Source: Chrysomallon squamiferum
Taxonomy: Eukaryota > Animalia > Mollusca
DNA length: 64,000 bases
NCBI GenBank assembly: GCA_012295275.1
Contig: CM022667.1
Span: 4,030,001-4,094,000, forward strand
Direction: 5' to 3'
Part shown: in pieces, positions 1 to 14,920 of the stretch
Layout: every line of letters starts with the position of its first letter
Position numbering within the stretch: the stretch's first letter is position 1
Made by a program: the position numbers and the translations under genes
The notes under the pieces: generated by a model
The model's database searches: none
Told to the model about the DNA's origin: nothing
The model's input: only the letters and a program-made list of their open reading frames with translations

Positions 1-38
<38 letters not shown>

Positions 39-403
39 ATTAGAATAGTATAATTATAATCTACTGCAATAATATGTAAGTGCAACAAAAATAATATTAC
101 CTTATAATCTGATTATTAATTTTATTATATATAATTAACAATCACAGTAACGTATTTATTTATTTATTTTAAATAATTAAATGTTTGCTATAGTTGAAAA
201 ATAGAAGGCGATGCAAGTGAACTTTAGTAATGATAAATAATATCAAAGTATACTGATTTTGATTTGTTTCACAAATATTTAAAAAAATATATATATATAT
301 TTATATAATTAACACAATTGCGATAACTGCACATAAATGTATGATTTACTTTTTAAAAATTCTGTTTATTTATTTACTTAATACTCTTTCTTCCTTTCTT
401 CTT

Positions 404-474
<71 letters not shown>

Positions 475-791
475 AATATGAGAAATCAGTAGTTAGAAAA
501 AGAAATAAACAAATAAACAATTACAATAATGATGATGGTGATTACAAATAATAAAACAAAACACACACACACACACACACACATGCATAATTATGTATTA
601 GTGTATATGCAGACGACACTAGCCGCAGCGTCGTTGTAATTTTTGTAACATAAATTAAATTAGGTATATCCTGTATTTCTGAAACAAAGAATAAACTTTA
701 TTCAGTTTGTTTTAAACTGTAGCCATGTAGCATTTTGCACAACTAAAGCACATGGCTTCGCAAGGTATCTAATTGCGACCTTTTGCTCTAA

Positions 792-928
792 CCCGCCCCG
801 TTATCGTTTGTTGACAGGCAATGTGCTGGAAATAAATGTCTATCTGTATTACGATTGGTTGACTATGACACGGGATACCGACTAAGATTGTGACGTCAAA
901 TGCGATATAAAAGAGCTTGGGATTCCCC
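792..928 (+). promoter_or_regulatory. Core/proximal promoter of the large Maf gene
   Basis: GC box CCCGCCCC 792-799, inverted CCAAT (ATTGG) 854-858, perfect CRE TGACGTCA 891-898, TATAAAA 906-912 and kB-like GGGATTCCCC 919-928, in a plausible order about 400 bp upstream of the Maf ATG. Confidence 0.65.
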
Positions 929-979
929 CGGCCACTTGTTGTTGCCTGCTCTTTCGGGGAGTCTGGTCGTGGTGGCAAG

Positions 980-1064
980 GTAAGATACCACCGACGATTT
1001 TACTTTCCTATTTTTTTTTTTCTTCAAACCGAAAACTTTTTCTTTTCTGACTTAATCTATACAG
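980..1064 (+). other. Probable short 5'UTR intron of Maf
   Basis: AAG|GTAAGA donor at 980, pyrimidine tract with CTGAC branch-like motif at about 1047, and TATACAG acceptor ending at 1064 (85 nt). Confidence 0.4.
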
Positions 1065-1310
1065 CAAAGGATCCGTTTTACATTTTGCACAGATCGCAGC
1101 TGTTGAACTGACAGACTGTCGATGCATATTCGTTTTGGATATTGCTGGGTTTCCAGTCAGCTGATCAGCGCCTGCGTTTAGACAGCTCTGACCTACATTT
1201 ATCTAAAAGTACCGGGAGAGCAGGGCACACCAAGCTAAAAGCTGTCATTTGATACCTCTACACTGTGTCTGGGGTCGTACGGACTCTCAATTCTCGTTTG
1301 AGGCGACAGT

Positions 1311-2195
1311 ATGGATCATTTGGCTGAAGATTATATAAACGAATTCGATCTTGATCAGCTAGATTTTACCGTTATCAAACGTGAATATGAAGAGGAACAG
1401 AAGCTAAAGTGCTGCATGGGGGATGTTAATAACGGACTTGCATCGGGCCCCACGAGTCCTGGATGCAGTGTGCCAACGTCACCTCTGGCCACACAAGACA
1501 TACCCAGCCCTTTGGAGCAGAAGCCAATGATGGGGGATTTAAATTGGCTGCAGTGGTATGCTGGTCTTCAACTAAGTTCATTGTGTGAAAAATTCGCACC
1601 CCAGCTTTCCCCCGAGGAGGCAGTCGATGCCCTTATAAAATCCGTCGAGGCCCCCGCTTCTGTCAAATCCAGTGTTCAATCTACTACAGAAGACGAAAAG
1701 TGGTTGACTGACGTCGACGAAGACACGGAAACCGAATCGCAGACGTCAACAACATCTGCAAAGCAGGAAACGACGTCGTCGTCTTCCAAAAAAGAGGAGA
1801 AAAATGACTCAAAAAATGACACTTCATCTAACTCAGGCATTGACATACAAGACGATGATCTTGTTTATTTACCGGTTCGCGAGCTCAATCGCCGCCTACA
1901 GGGCAAACCCAAAGACGAAGTTGTGCGTTTGAAGCAGAAACGGAGGACATTAAAAAATCGCGGCTACGCACAGAACTGTCGTTCCAAACGCTTACAGCAG
2001 AAGTTCGAACTAGAGAATACCAATAATGGCCTCTCAAAACAAATTGCGGCTCTGAAAAGACAGGTGGATTTATTGACAAGAGAACGTGATTTTTACAAAC
2101 AACAGTGTCTTGTACAACGGGATAATGCAGCACGTGCGGCGAGGGACGGGTCGGTGTCGAGCAGCTACCCCAGCTCCCCTGACGAGTTTAGCTAA
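1311..2195 (+). CDS. MAF: Large Maf bZIP transcription factor (c-Maf/MafA/MafB/traffic jam type), 294 aa, intronless CDS
   Basis: N-terminal [11 protein letters not shown] box, IKRE SUMO-type site, [10 protein letters not shown] (GSK3-degron-like), [11 protein letters not shown] Maf-N motif, extended homology region [16 protein letters not shown], basic region [22 protein letters not shown] and a leucine zipper. Confidence 0.96.
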   Translation: MDHLAEDYINEFDLDQLDFTVIKREYEEEQKLKCCMGDVNNGLASGPTSPGCSVPTSPLATQDIPSPLEQKPMMGDLNWLQWYAGLQLSSLCEKFAPQLSPEEAVDALIKSVEAPASVKSSVQSTTEDEKWLTDVDEDTETESQTSTTSAKQETTSSSSKKEEKNDSKNDTSSNSGIDIQDDDLVYLPVRELNRRLQGKPKDEVVRLKQKRRTLKNRGYAQNCRSKRLQQKFELENTNNGLSKQIAALKRQVDLLTRERDFYKQQCLVQRDNAARAARDGSVSSSYPSSPDEFS

Positions 2196-2748
2196 ACGGC
2201 GCGACCTTGACATTTCATGTGCGTAACCGGTTTGATGACATGTGATAACAAAACACCAACTGCTTCTTAAAAATATACCTCGTTGGTGACAAACATTGTA
2301 CGTCGTGGAACTTCATTATTAACTAGTAAATGTTCTCCAGGTAATTTGTTTTAAAATAAACTCTTTTGTTTTTATTCTTTTTGGCGAAAGGATTACATGA
2401 ATCGTGAGTGTGTTCGGCGTTTGGCACAGATCCAAGCGATCAGCTGATTGAGGCCAAGTTCAGTCTGCCGACAGCTCGGTACATTGTCCTAGATTCCCCT
2501 GCAGTTTCAGCTGTTCATTTTTTTTCTTTAAATTCTGTCTTTTATTTTCTTCATTACATAGTAAGAAAAGAAAAGTAAATGCATTTGTTAAGTTTATTAG
2601 TTACGATTGCAAATGGAATGTACTGCAATTTATTTGTTTTGCTGTGTAAAAATTTTAATATTCGTTGCGAAGTGAAGGGTAACAATTTCGCTTTTTAAAC
2701 TTTTCTTTCTTTTTTTTTTTTTTTTTAAGTTACCTGCATTGGCAAACT

Positions 2749-2796
<48 letters not shown>

Positions 2797-3899
2797 TTTT
2801 TGTTTGTTTAATCTGCATAAATGTTAAAGGTTGGAAAATAAAATGAAAAAATAAAAACAAAACCAACTTTTTATCCATTTACCCACCAGTTACTTATGCT
2901 TTAAATAGCTGAAAAAAATTATTGTATTAGGACTGTGATATTGATAGAAAGGTTTCTTGATGGTTGCAAATTTGTTAACTTCATTTCGAAATGAAATATT
3001 TTAGTATATACATTTGTGATAAGTCGTTAATCAGTGTTTACTGCATTAATCTACTGTTAATCTCTGAAGATAATAAATATTTCAGAAATAACAATTTGAT
3101 ATCCAAATTGTAATGATTTTGAAAAATAAATTTATTGCTGTGCAAATATTAAAAAACCTAAACTGTTAAGAATGTTTATGCTATAGAATAAATAAATATA
3201 TATATATTTTTTTAGAATACATTTTTTATATTTACTGAAACAATAAAAATAAAAGAAATAATAAAAAGACTATGGTGTGAGATAAACAGTTAATTAATGC
3301 AGTTTGTTATTTGTTATATAAAACAAAAAGTTGTTCCTGTTGAAGGTTTTTTTTAGAAATATTTTTTAACACATTTTTTGTCTGTCCTAAAAAAAAAAAA
3401 AACCTTCTGTATAGATTTATTTTTTCATACAAAATATATTTTATTTAATAACTGATTATTTTAGAAGTTTTAAATTTATATCATCAAAATAATTCTGAAA
3501 TAAAAACAGAAACAGTGGAGACTCTCAGAATTTAATATTAAGATTTTTAGAGCATTTTATAATTAGAACCAAGGCTAAAATTATTAAAATAAAAATATAT
3601 TTTTATCTTGAAGTTCAAGAGGATGTGTTAAAGATTTGGGGGGGGAGGTAAAAAGACCCTCCTTACTCAGGATGCAGAATGTGCAAATCTTGTTTCAGGA
3701 AATGTATACTTAATCTTGAAATATTTCTAATGCAAACTAATTAAAAGTCATTTTCGTTCTGACATAGTTTTTGAATATTTTTTTTTCATTTTTAATTTAA
3801 AAGAGAATAATATTCAGTTGCAGAATTTAAAATTCTTTTCATACTTAATTTTCAGTTAACTACGCTATTTTTTTTTTTTTTCTTTAAATATTTTCTGTT

Positions 3900-4235
3900 T
3901 CACCCTTTATAATTTTCATCCGAAATAAATTTATTACATACCTTTTTTTTTTTTCCATATGTTGGTGGTAAATGTTTTTATTTTCATCTGAAATAAATTT
4001 ATTATATATCTTTTTTTTTTTCTTCCATATGTTGGTGGTAAATATTTTAATTTTCATTTCACAAATGCACAGATTTCACTTTACTAGTGTAATGGCGAGA
4101 TTTATATTTGACAATGTAATGTGAAATGTAATGTGGAGATTTATATTTGATAATGTTATGTGCTGGTTTACATATGAAATGTAATGTGCAGATTTATATT
4201 TGATAGTGTAATGTGCTCGTTTACATTTACAAATG
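3900..4235. repeat. Short tandem duplications (about 70 bp x2, then about 50 bp degenerate units)
   Basis: 'aattttcatc..aaataaatttatta..ccatatgttggtggtaaat' occurs twice; 'gatttatatttga..atgtaatgtg' occurs three times. Confidence 0.6.
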
Positions 4236-6814
4236 TTTTCACAAATTCTTTTTATTTATTGTGCAGAAATACAGATAATTTACATTTCAAAATTAGCTGA
4301 CAGATCTGAAACACTTCTCGTAGTGTCAGCTAAAACAAAAATCTAACAGTCATTTTAAAAAGTGCAGCAAACATTTATATAGATAAGACAAAATAGGCCT
4401 TTATATGATCCAAAAAATTGTCCTCTACATAATACAGAAAAACAGTCCTTTACATGATACACAAGAATAGGCCTTTGTATAGAGAACTAATATGTCTTTA
4501 CAAAATATGCTGAATATAAAATGAGGCCTTTACACAGGTTTTTGTACAGATAGCTTATATAAAATACACAGAAAGAGGCCTGTGAGCAGAAATGATAGGT
4601 TTTTTTTCATATATTTTGATCTTTTGTTTATTATTATTATTTTAATACATACAGACATTTTTTTTAATCGTTTATTTTTATCTATATACTGGATAAAACT
4701 AGAAAATGGACTGAAAATTATGATTGCCTTGAAAACTGTGATATCAGTATCAAATTTTATCCATCCATAACAATTATTTACATATGTAGTGTATGTGAAT
4801 GTATTTACACACGTAAAATTGCCCCATTTCAGGTTAAGATACTTTTTAATTTATTTGGTAAATAAATAATAAATATCACTTTTCTTTTTTTAAATAAACA
4901 TTGTTATATAGGTAGAAATGCTCTGTTACCATTTAAATAACACATTTTTTTTTTTTTTTTTCTGTAAAAGTAAAGATTTTATAGTTTAAAATATATTTCA
5001 ATAAACTCCTTGAATTATTCTTCTTTTTCTTTGTATTACTAATGTAATATTATTTGAATTTTGTTTTCCAAGTTACCGCACAAGCTGTATTAAACAGCCA
5101 TGCAAAACTGTAATCTGTCAGATATGTCCTCTTTAACACAAGTGGCTGCTTAACACAGGTTGTTGGTTTGTTATGTAAGATGGCTTGTTAATGTAGGTGC
5201 ACGTAATGTGTTATTGTTGTTATTAACCTGTTCTTCTGATCTCGTTCATTTTGTATGAACTCTTATTTTGAATTGTATCGTGTTTGTTACGACATTTCTA
5301 AATACTTTGAATGTCGTAGAATAATCGTTATTGTGACAAATATTTCAGGATTGGTAATAAAAAGAAAATTGTGTTTTCCTTCCATTTAAAAAACAAAACA
5401 AATGTAATAAAAGTATAAATTAATTTTTTTTATATATATATATATATAGACACATACACACAATTAACTGATTTTTGTTGTATTGTGGTTAGAAATGTTT
5501 GTGATTAGACGTTTTTCAAAAATATATTGTTACTATTATTAAATCTGTAACTGTTGTTATTATTATTTATTATACTGATATTTTATTATTATTATTATCA
5601 TTATTGTTATTATTAACTAATGCTGATATTTTTTTTTATTATAATAGTTATTGTTAATATTATTATTGTTATTGTTCATATTTTATTAATGTTATTGTTA
5701 TTATTATTATTTTCTTTGTTGTTTATTATTATTATTATTATCAAACAAACAATGGCTGCATTATAAAAAACAAAAACCACTAAAAGTCTATGTACAAAAT
5801 AAAAACGGTAAATTATAAATGCATTCTGTATTAAATTGTAAATGAGATCTCTTGTCACTTCAGTAGATTTATCGATATATGTAGGTGTATGTAAGTCACT
5901 TTACATCTATTACTAACCAGCTGTTTTTAAGTCCAAACTGTTGCTAGGCAACCAGGTTATGGATCACCGAATCCACTTCGATTGTTTTGCAATGCGTTAT
6001 TAACTGTAGATTGTAACATGGGACGAAAAAAAAAAAAAAAAAAAATTAAAAACATTTAAATAAATGAATGAATAAATATTTAGGTTTTTTTTTTTTTACA
6101 TCAAAAATATTTGTTTAATTGTTTTTAGGAGTTAAATAAAAAAAAAAAAAGCTTAAAAAAATTAAAATAATCTAAGATAATGTACTATAATTTAACTTAA
6201 AAGAAAAAAAAAATGTAAATGAAAGACTGCAATGATTTGAATACAGACAAATGCACATTCATTCATACATACATACATACATATATAAAATTATTTTTTT
6301 GCCATATATATATATATATATACACTGAAAAAATATTAAACTGTAGCGTTTTAATAACATTCTTTATTGTTAGAAAAGTTTTGACTTCAGTACTATAAAG
6401 AAATAAATGAAAATATAGAGGGGCGTATCAATGGAAAATGGCTCTAATGGCAAGCACAAACACACTACAAACTGATTTTAGTCTTATTGTGGTTAGAAAT
6501 GTTTGTTATTGGAGACAGTTTTCAGATATGTTTACCATAAATTCAGCAAAAAAAATACCAGTCAAGTTTAATATTAGTGCTCATTGGCAACCTCCTTTAA
6601 GTGGTACTAGGACACATGTACTCCACTGAAAATATATAAAAATATGTTAAAACAGTCCGTTATTATCACCATTGGTATACTTTAAATTATTATTATACTT
6701 TATTCCTTTTTTTTTTTAATTTTATAATAAATAAAAAAAAAACTTTATCAGTAGACGATACTTCTCTACAAGCTGTTATTCCCATCACTGATGTACTTTA
6801 AACCACCTTTTTTT

Positions 6815-6854
<40 letters not shown>

Positions 6855-7612
6855 ATATAATAAAAATATCACCATCAGTATACCAGATATCACTCTATAA
6901 GCTGTGGATAAATATAAATAAAATAATAAAGTTTAGTTTAAACATTAAATGTTTTCAGATTGATATTTTTGAATTTTTAAAATTTGTAACTTGAAGATAG
7001 TCAGTGTATTTGTATTATTATTATTATTATTATTATTATAGTTATAATTGTTAGCTATAAATGATAACATAAAGGATTAAAATACAGTTATTTTTCTATT
7101 TTGTTCTTTCCTTAATAGCTTTATTCTGATTTAATGTTCATAGAAAATTTGTCCATTTGTAAGCATAATTGACAGAAAACTTCATACCACATCATGCCTA
7201 TGAGAAAAGAAATACCAGTCTGTCAACATATCACCCCTTCATCTTGCATTACCATGAACCAGTTAAATATCAGGGATAGTCCATTATAAAAATTGAAGGG
7301 GTGAAAACTTCATAAACCGGTGCCGACTGACAAAATGGCAGCTTTTTTTCTTTTTTCAGCACTTGAGAAAAATGTGCTAACACACAAATGTTTAAAAACG
7401 TCATCTTTTTTTTTTCCTGCCACATTATGGTGCAGCTGTATTTTGTTTCATGTAACTTGTAAATACATTTTTTTTTTTAAAGTATTTGCTGTTGTTCAAA
7501 TTTCAAAATACATTTAGTTGTAAATGTGAACCTGAAATAGATGTGATAAACAGTGGCAGTTTCTCAAAATTAAATTTTAATTTCTTCTCTCAAAGTGTTA
7601 ATTTCTCTTCAA

Positions 7613-7645
<33 letters not shown>

Positions 7646-7782
7646 ATTTAACTTTTGAGATAAAAACAAAATAAAAACAAATTGTTTCAGAAAGAAAATA
7701 AGGGTATTCTTGAATTTTTATTTTTAAACTTTTTTATTTTATTTTTTGTTTTTAATATTCAAATTATTTTTTTTTTCTTCTT

Positions 7783-8697
7783 CATATTATTATTATTATT
7801 AGAAGTAAAAGGACAAAACTGACCACTTGTAAATAATGTACATATAATGTTACAATGGTTACTGTTACACTGGTAGCAGAAATGCTATTTTCTGTTCAAC
7901 TACCTATGCGTTACTGTTAACTGTATTCATTATAATTCATCTCCATTACCTTGTTACAACTACTTGCTGTACTTATGCGTTCATATATAAATATATAAAT
8001 ATATATATATACATATATATATATATCAATTACAATTAAAGATGTGTAAATTAGATACTTTCGTTTGTTGTTATTTCATCTCTCTTTTTTTTCCATTTCT
8101 GCTTGCATGGTTATGTATCTATTTCCCTCTCTCTCTTGTTCAGGCTGTATCAAATCTTTCCCCGTCTCTCTCTTTCTCTGTCAGTGCATGTGTACGTGTA
8201 TCTATTTCACACACACATACACACACACACACACACTTTACTTATTTATTTTTAATTCTTCATAATGCTATATTTCTCTCTTCTGAAATCTTTATCATTC
8301 CTTATTATTATTACATTCACATTCTCTCTCTCTCTCTCTCATATTATTATTATTATTAGAAGTAAAAGGACAAAACTGACCACTTGTAAATAATGTACAT
8401 ATAATGTTACAATGGTTACTGTTACACTGGTAGCAGAAATGCTATTTTTTCCATTTCTGCTTGCATGGTTATGTATCTATTTCCCTCTCTCTTGTTCAGG
8501 CTGTATCAAATCTTTCCCCGTCTCTCTCTTTCTCTGTCAGTGCATGTGTACGTGTATCTATTTCACACACACATACACACACACACACACACTTTACTTA
8601 TTTATTTTTAATTCTTCATAATGCTATATTTCTCTCTTCTGAAATCTTTATCATTCCTTATTATTATTACATTCACATTCTCTCTCTCTCTCTCTCA
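7783..8697. repeat. Near-identical tandem duplication (about 560 bp unit; second copy has an internal deletion of about 200 bp)
   Basis: 7783-7890 matches 8340-8447 and about 8090-8340 matches 8447-8697. Confidence 0.85.
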
Positions 8698-10200
8698 CTC
8701 ACTCACTCCACGTCTTTATATATTTATTTACAGGCTTACTGCTTTTTATCCATGGACTACTTTTCCATTTCTAACTTGTGGTTTTATATATCAAAGGCAG
8801 TGGTATGTGTTTTCCTGTCATTAACAGTCAAATGATGAATAAATATCTACTGTGTGATTCATAATACACTGTTTAATATTAATTATTATCGGACATCAAA
8901 TACACATAAATACTATTTAAAAAAACACACATTAGCTCTGTGGGTTATGCTTGCCAAATAGCAGTAAGAAATTTTTTGTATGCAACCTACCCAAGAACAG
9001 GAGAAAGTATACCACAGATTTTAATATGCATTATCCTTGAAGCAGTGGAATTGAAATATCTCGGCAGAGATACTGAAAATGTAACCTGTGACCTAACACA
9101 TAATGACAATTATCTCACACAATTTCCTACCAGCAATAATAATTATTTGTAAGATAATAATAATAATGTTTTTTTTTTTTATCTGTACTATTAAGTGGAT
9201 TAATGAATTTATTTATTTATATCAGATCACATGAAGGAAGCTATTATTGATAGATGTATTTATTTTATTTTATTTTTTTATTGATCTGTTTGTGACAGAT
9301 GTTAAGAGATGTGTATGTACTGGAGTTGTTTTTATTGATGTGGTATTTTTGGATGTACTGTTTGTGTGTTGTCTCGTGTTTTTTTGTGTGTAGTTCTTTT
9401 TGGTTTCCAAATTCTGAGAACAAAATATGATAATAAAGGAAAAAAAGTATCATCACCATGAAAAATAAAATTAAACTAATAAAGATTAAAAAAAAAAAAA
9501 AAAAAAATTAGATAGCTGTAAAACACAACAAAACTGATCAATAACAATAAAACAGCAAAATGATAATCTAAAACAAAAAAAAAAAAAAAAATGATAAAAG
9601 AAAAATAATAAAAAAAGATAATCATGATGTCACAAGATAAAAACAGATAAAAGGTTATCACATGTGCATATGTGTGCACACACACACACACGTACACACG
9701 CACTTGAGGGCATTAAGGCCATATAGAAAATAAAAGTTAAAATACATGTTGAATGATCATTCAACATATTTGTAATTACGATGCTTTTGTCAAAACTTAG
9801 CAGAAAAAAAAAATCTTCTTATTTACCTTCCCGTGAACAGGAAAGTTTGGAAAGTTCATCATGGTTTAAAGAGTTCAAATATTGGAAACTGTACTGAGAC
9901 TTAAAGATGTCGAACTTCACAATGTTAAAAATGTTTACATCTGTTACTTGTGGATGTTGAGATGCAGAGAAATCTATGGATTGTCAGAACAATAATAACA
10001 ACACACCAGATGTCCCTAACCACACTTTATTTGTGGTCACATGTCTATGAAATTAGCTTTGTGTGCAGTGAAAGGCAAAAAGAAAAACAGACAAAGAATA
10101 ACAGGCAACTTGACATGATAATTATCATGATCATTTACTGCAGAAAAAAAACTTTCATAATTATGTGGTTTGTGGAGCATCAGTTAGAATCATGATTATT

Positions 10201-10540
10201 AAAATATTGCTGATAATTTATTGTAGAAAAAAAAGAAGAGAAATGTCATATTTTTGTTTGTGAAGTTTCTGGTTAGATTGGGATAATATAAAATATTGCT
10301 GATAATTTATTCTAGAAAAAAAAAAAAAATGTCATTGTTTGTGAAGTGTCTGGTTAGATTGGGATAATCTAAAATATTGCTGATAATTTATTCTAGAAAA
10401 AAAGTAAAATGTCATTGTTTGTGAAGTTTCTGGTTAGATTGGGATAATCTAAAATAATCTGATAATTTATTCTAGAAAAAAGTGAAATGCCATATTGTTT
10501 GTGAATTGTCTGGTTAGTTTGGGATAATGTAAAATAACTT
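10201..10540. repeat. About 80-89 bp minisatellite, 4+ copies
   Basis: Unit 'aaaatattgctgataatttattctagaaaaaa..gtcattgtttgtgaagtttctggttagattgggataatct' starts at 10201, 10290, 10371 and 10451. Confidence 0.85.
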
Positions 10541-13047
10541 TCTGCTTATTATAGATTGGCAGTGAGTTGATTCTTCTTTCATTATAAAAATAAACTGACA
10601 CTGTAAATAAAAACAAACATTAATGGTTAGATTGAGATAATGTAAAAAATATCCCTTCTCTCTGATTATAGATTAGCACTGGGTTGCTTTTCTCATTAAA
10701 ATGTTCCAACCACACTGCATTTAATAATAAACATTAACAAAATGTACTGTTAAACAAATATTCTCATACAACCACCCATTAACCTTGAAGTTATTTAACA
10801 CTTAACATCAGGAAATATAGGAACTCTTTAGTTAAGGAAAAATCTTACACAGAACAAAAACACCAGAAACAAGATTTATTTTTCGCTTCATCCCAAAACT
10901 TCCACCACCCCACCCTGTTTGTTTTTTTACACAAATTTGGGAAGGCTGTTCACCCCTTTGCCCTCCTGAATTATGTGTCCATGCTTTACATGCTAAACTG
11001 TTTTCAAATCCATCTGTTTCTCCGGTTCAAGAGACTGCATGATTCAAAATAAATGAATAAATCTGATTCGACCTACTCCAAATTTCAAAGATAGAAGTGA
11101 AATGACCATTGCCATATAGTAACAGCTGTTCGACAGACAAATATTGAAAAATGCAGAACTGTCGATAATAGACTACAACCAGTTGATGTATTTGAATATT
11201 TTTGGTCGCATCTGAAATGTGCTTGTGAAAACATGGTTGTGATAGGATAGTCTTGTTTCACAATGTATGAAATGTATGAAAATGCAGGTTAAGATAGTAA
11301 AATTATAGAATACGGCAATAAGCTTAGGCCTACACTGTTGTTTTAGTGGGCGATGTCTTTTAATTATCATTTTTTATTTTATTTATTTATTTATTTATTT
11401 ATTTATTATTTTGTTTGAATAATCATTTTATTTTCATGTTTATGAGAAAAAACAGGTTTAAAAACATATCTGATTGATAACAGGTATCAATAAATTGACA
11501 ACAGATTTTCTTTCTCAAACCACTTTTATCAGAAATTTTTTTAATTTCAAAATAAAAAGAAATCTGTTGTTTGACACCTGATAATGCGTAATATTGAAAT
11601 GTGTTGAGATTTATTTTAAAAGTATTAATATTGCTATTGTTTTTTTATTTTTTATTATTTATTACTGTTTATTTTATTTTATAAATAAGTAAAATAAATA
11701 AATAAATGCCAACAACAAAATAATAATAATTATTGTAGTAGTAATAGTAATGGAAATAATAATAAAAGCAACAACAGTAACAATAGCAATAATAACATCA
11801 ACAGAATAAAAACAATAACGACACCAATGATGACAACAACAACAACAATAATTTAAGATCCATAATAAAAAGCACAGACATTATAAAAATAATAATGAAT
11901 AAATATATTTGCTAATAGAAAAGACACAAATATGGAAGCTTACAGCCAGTTTTGTCTACCATATTGTTCTCTAACTGATGCTTAATTTGTGAAAATATCT
12001 AAATAATATTAACAATAACAACAACAAAAACAATAATAATAACTAACACTGAAAGTAATAATAACAATAACAACAAAAATAATAGTAACTAAGAATAACA
12101 GTAATAATAACAATAACAACAACAACAACAATAATGGTAGCTTGGTATCTTTCATTTTCAGGATAGCACTTTTTTTATTATTATTATTTTTTAAGTTTTT
12201 AAGCAGAGAAAGAAAATATTAATCTTATCTTTTAACTTTTTCTACTCTTTTTTATGTTTTTTTTATGTTTGGGTAAACTAGGTAGTGTAGTTTTTCTCTA
12301 ATTCACATGTAAAATAATTTTATTTTATGACAAATTTGTCAGCTCATGATATAAATAAAGAAAATAGAAAATTTATATTGATTTTGAAAATATGTTTATA
12401 TTTGAAGGAGAGGTCTGCATCAGTTACAGCAAAAAAAGATTAATTTTATTAAACAATCCTTGTTCTGTAAGAAACACTGTGAACCGAAAACATCTTTTAT
12501 TATTTTTATTTTACTGGAAGACCAAAAAAAGAAATAAATATAAAAATATAAAAATTAAAATTATATATATATAAAACTAAAAAAAAAAAGAAAATTAAAA
12601 ACCATATATTTATATAATGATAACAGTAATAAAAAAAAAAAATTAAAACAATAAATTTAAATATAGTAAAAAACAAAATCATTCAGTGTTTGTTACAGTA
12701 CTTCATTTTGTTTAGTATGTGAACTTAAGTGAAACTTGTGGATGCAAGAACAGTCTGTACAAAAAGTGAATATTTAAGATAACCAATCTGAATGTGTCTG
12801 TCTGTCTGTCTGTCTGTCTGAATTCAGATTCTCTTGAGGATATCTTTCAGCCCCTTTTCTGCCATTTGCACTTAATGTTTATTAATCACTGAGCTGTTTA
12901 TTGTCCTGTGTTCTTCATTCAAAGTGTTTACAAGATGACAATTAAAAATAAAATTAAAAAAATTGAAAAATAAATATATATATATATATGTATGTATGTA
13001 TGTATGTTTAATGATAAAATAATAAAATAAACAAAATAATAATGATG

Positions 13048-13084
<37 letters not shown>

Positions 13085-13860
13085 ATATATAAATATATTA
13101 AAAAAATAATAACAAGTAAAAAATAATCATCGTTTCTGCTTTATTCTAATCCCCATGTTACTCAAAAACAATTTGAAAACCCTGGGAAGGTCCTTAAAAA
13201 GATCCCATTCTGCTAAGAACCCTCAGAATGACAGTAACATGTTTCCTCTCATATCTTAAATGTATAAAAACTTAGGTTACCATGACAATTAAAATACATA
13301 ATATGTAGTGCATGTGTGTGTGTGTTGTGTGTCTAAATGTTCACTGATGCATCTTTTTTATTCATTAATTTAAAAAAAAACTTTTTCTTTTTTTTTTGAC
13401 TATACCTTCTTATATAAAAAAAAAAAAAATAATAATATAATAATAAAAAATTAATATGCATTTTGAACAAGCTGTTTTGTTGAATATTATTCCCAGAAAA
13501 CTCACGTTCATGTATGCACTTTCAAAGTACAAACATTGACCTCAGTTATCAGATTTGATTTGTGATTTGTAGCTTGTAATAAAACAATCCCTTCTAGAAG
13601 TGTTAAGAAAGTAGCTCGCACTTTTCATGATTCTGACCTTAACACATGTCAGTTCCTGTTAGAGATTTGATAAAAGACAATTTGTCGTAACTGTTAGTCA
13701 GATTTTGTTTTTGAGAAAAGTTTTCTCTTTTTTGGGGCATAGTAATGATTGATAGTTAAAGAGAAAGGTGGATTGATAGATAGACAGGCAGACTGATAGA
13801 TAGGTAGATAGAGAGATAGATAGACAGATATAAATAGAGATATATAGATAGAAGTAAATA

Positions 13861-13911
<51 letters not shown>

Positions 13912-14763
13912 ACAAATAAATATTACTTTACACTTTACATTTTAAAAGTTACAAAACAGGGTATCTGTACATAATATAAAAATTATTTTTCTTCTAACAT
14001 TTATAATTCAAGTTTGACAAATTTAAATGTACTATTCTAAGTAGTTTACAAAATTGGTGGATTCTGAGTAAAAAATAATAATTTGAAACTGGAACCAAAT
14101 GTAATTCTAATAGTAATAGTTAATGGAAATAAAAATTATTTTTCTGACAAATAGAATGTGAAAAAAAAATCAAAAAGATTAAAAACATCATATGACATCA
14201 TTCCATTTAGTTTCATTATTATTTTATTTTTTTGTCTCTTAGATTTTGTTCTGTTTTTAATTTGATTTATAGTAGTAGCAATTTTGCCTAGTTTCTATTA
14301 GTTAACTTTTGTTAGCTAGTTATTAAACGTTTATTTAGTCCGATATATAAAAAAGATACATACATATTTGTTTTAGAATTTGTGTAGGTTTCATTTATTA
14401 AAATACTCAACAGAAAGAAAGATGAATGAATGCATAATAAGGATTTAGATTTGTAATCTGTGGGTTTTTTTTTTTTTAATGATTTCATGCATAAAGACAC
14501 AAACACAAAAATTATGAGGGAGAAAAAACAGGTTTATTTCTTTTTTTTTTTTAGCGGTAATATGTTTTTTTGTAATCATCATGCATAAAAGTAAAGGAAA
14601 TATAAGCTGTTTGTCTTTGTATTCTAGTTAGTTTGGGAAACTGTCTCAAAAGAGAGCAGACGTGTTTTGATCCTCTGACCATGATCACTCTATCTCTGAA
14701 TTTTTATATTATCCTTAATAGTTATAAATCTTAAAAAAAAATAATTTGACAACTGAAATTAAT

Positions 14764-14814
<51 letters not shown>

Positions 14815-14920
14815 ACAAAGTTTTGTTTTGTACATGGTTTTCTTCCCAAACCGTCTGTCCTGGAATTATCACAAGAATGGCAAACTGATTGGTTCAACAT
14901 TCTTATTTGACTCTTTACAT

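Noticed and set aside
2193-2210. Stop-codon readthrough of Maf as in Drosophila traffic jam
   Set aside because: The stop is TAA-A, a poor readthrough context, and a second in-frame stop follows four codons later.
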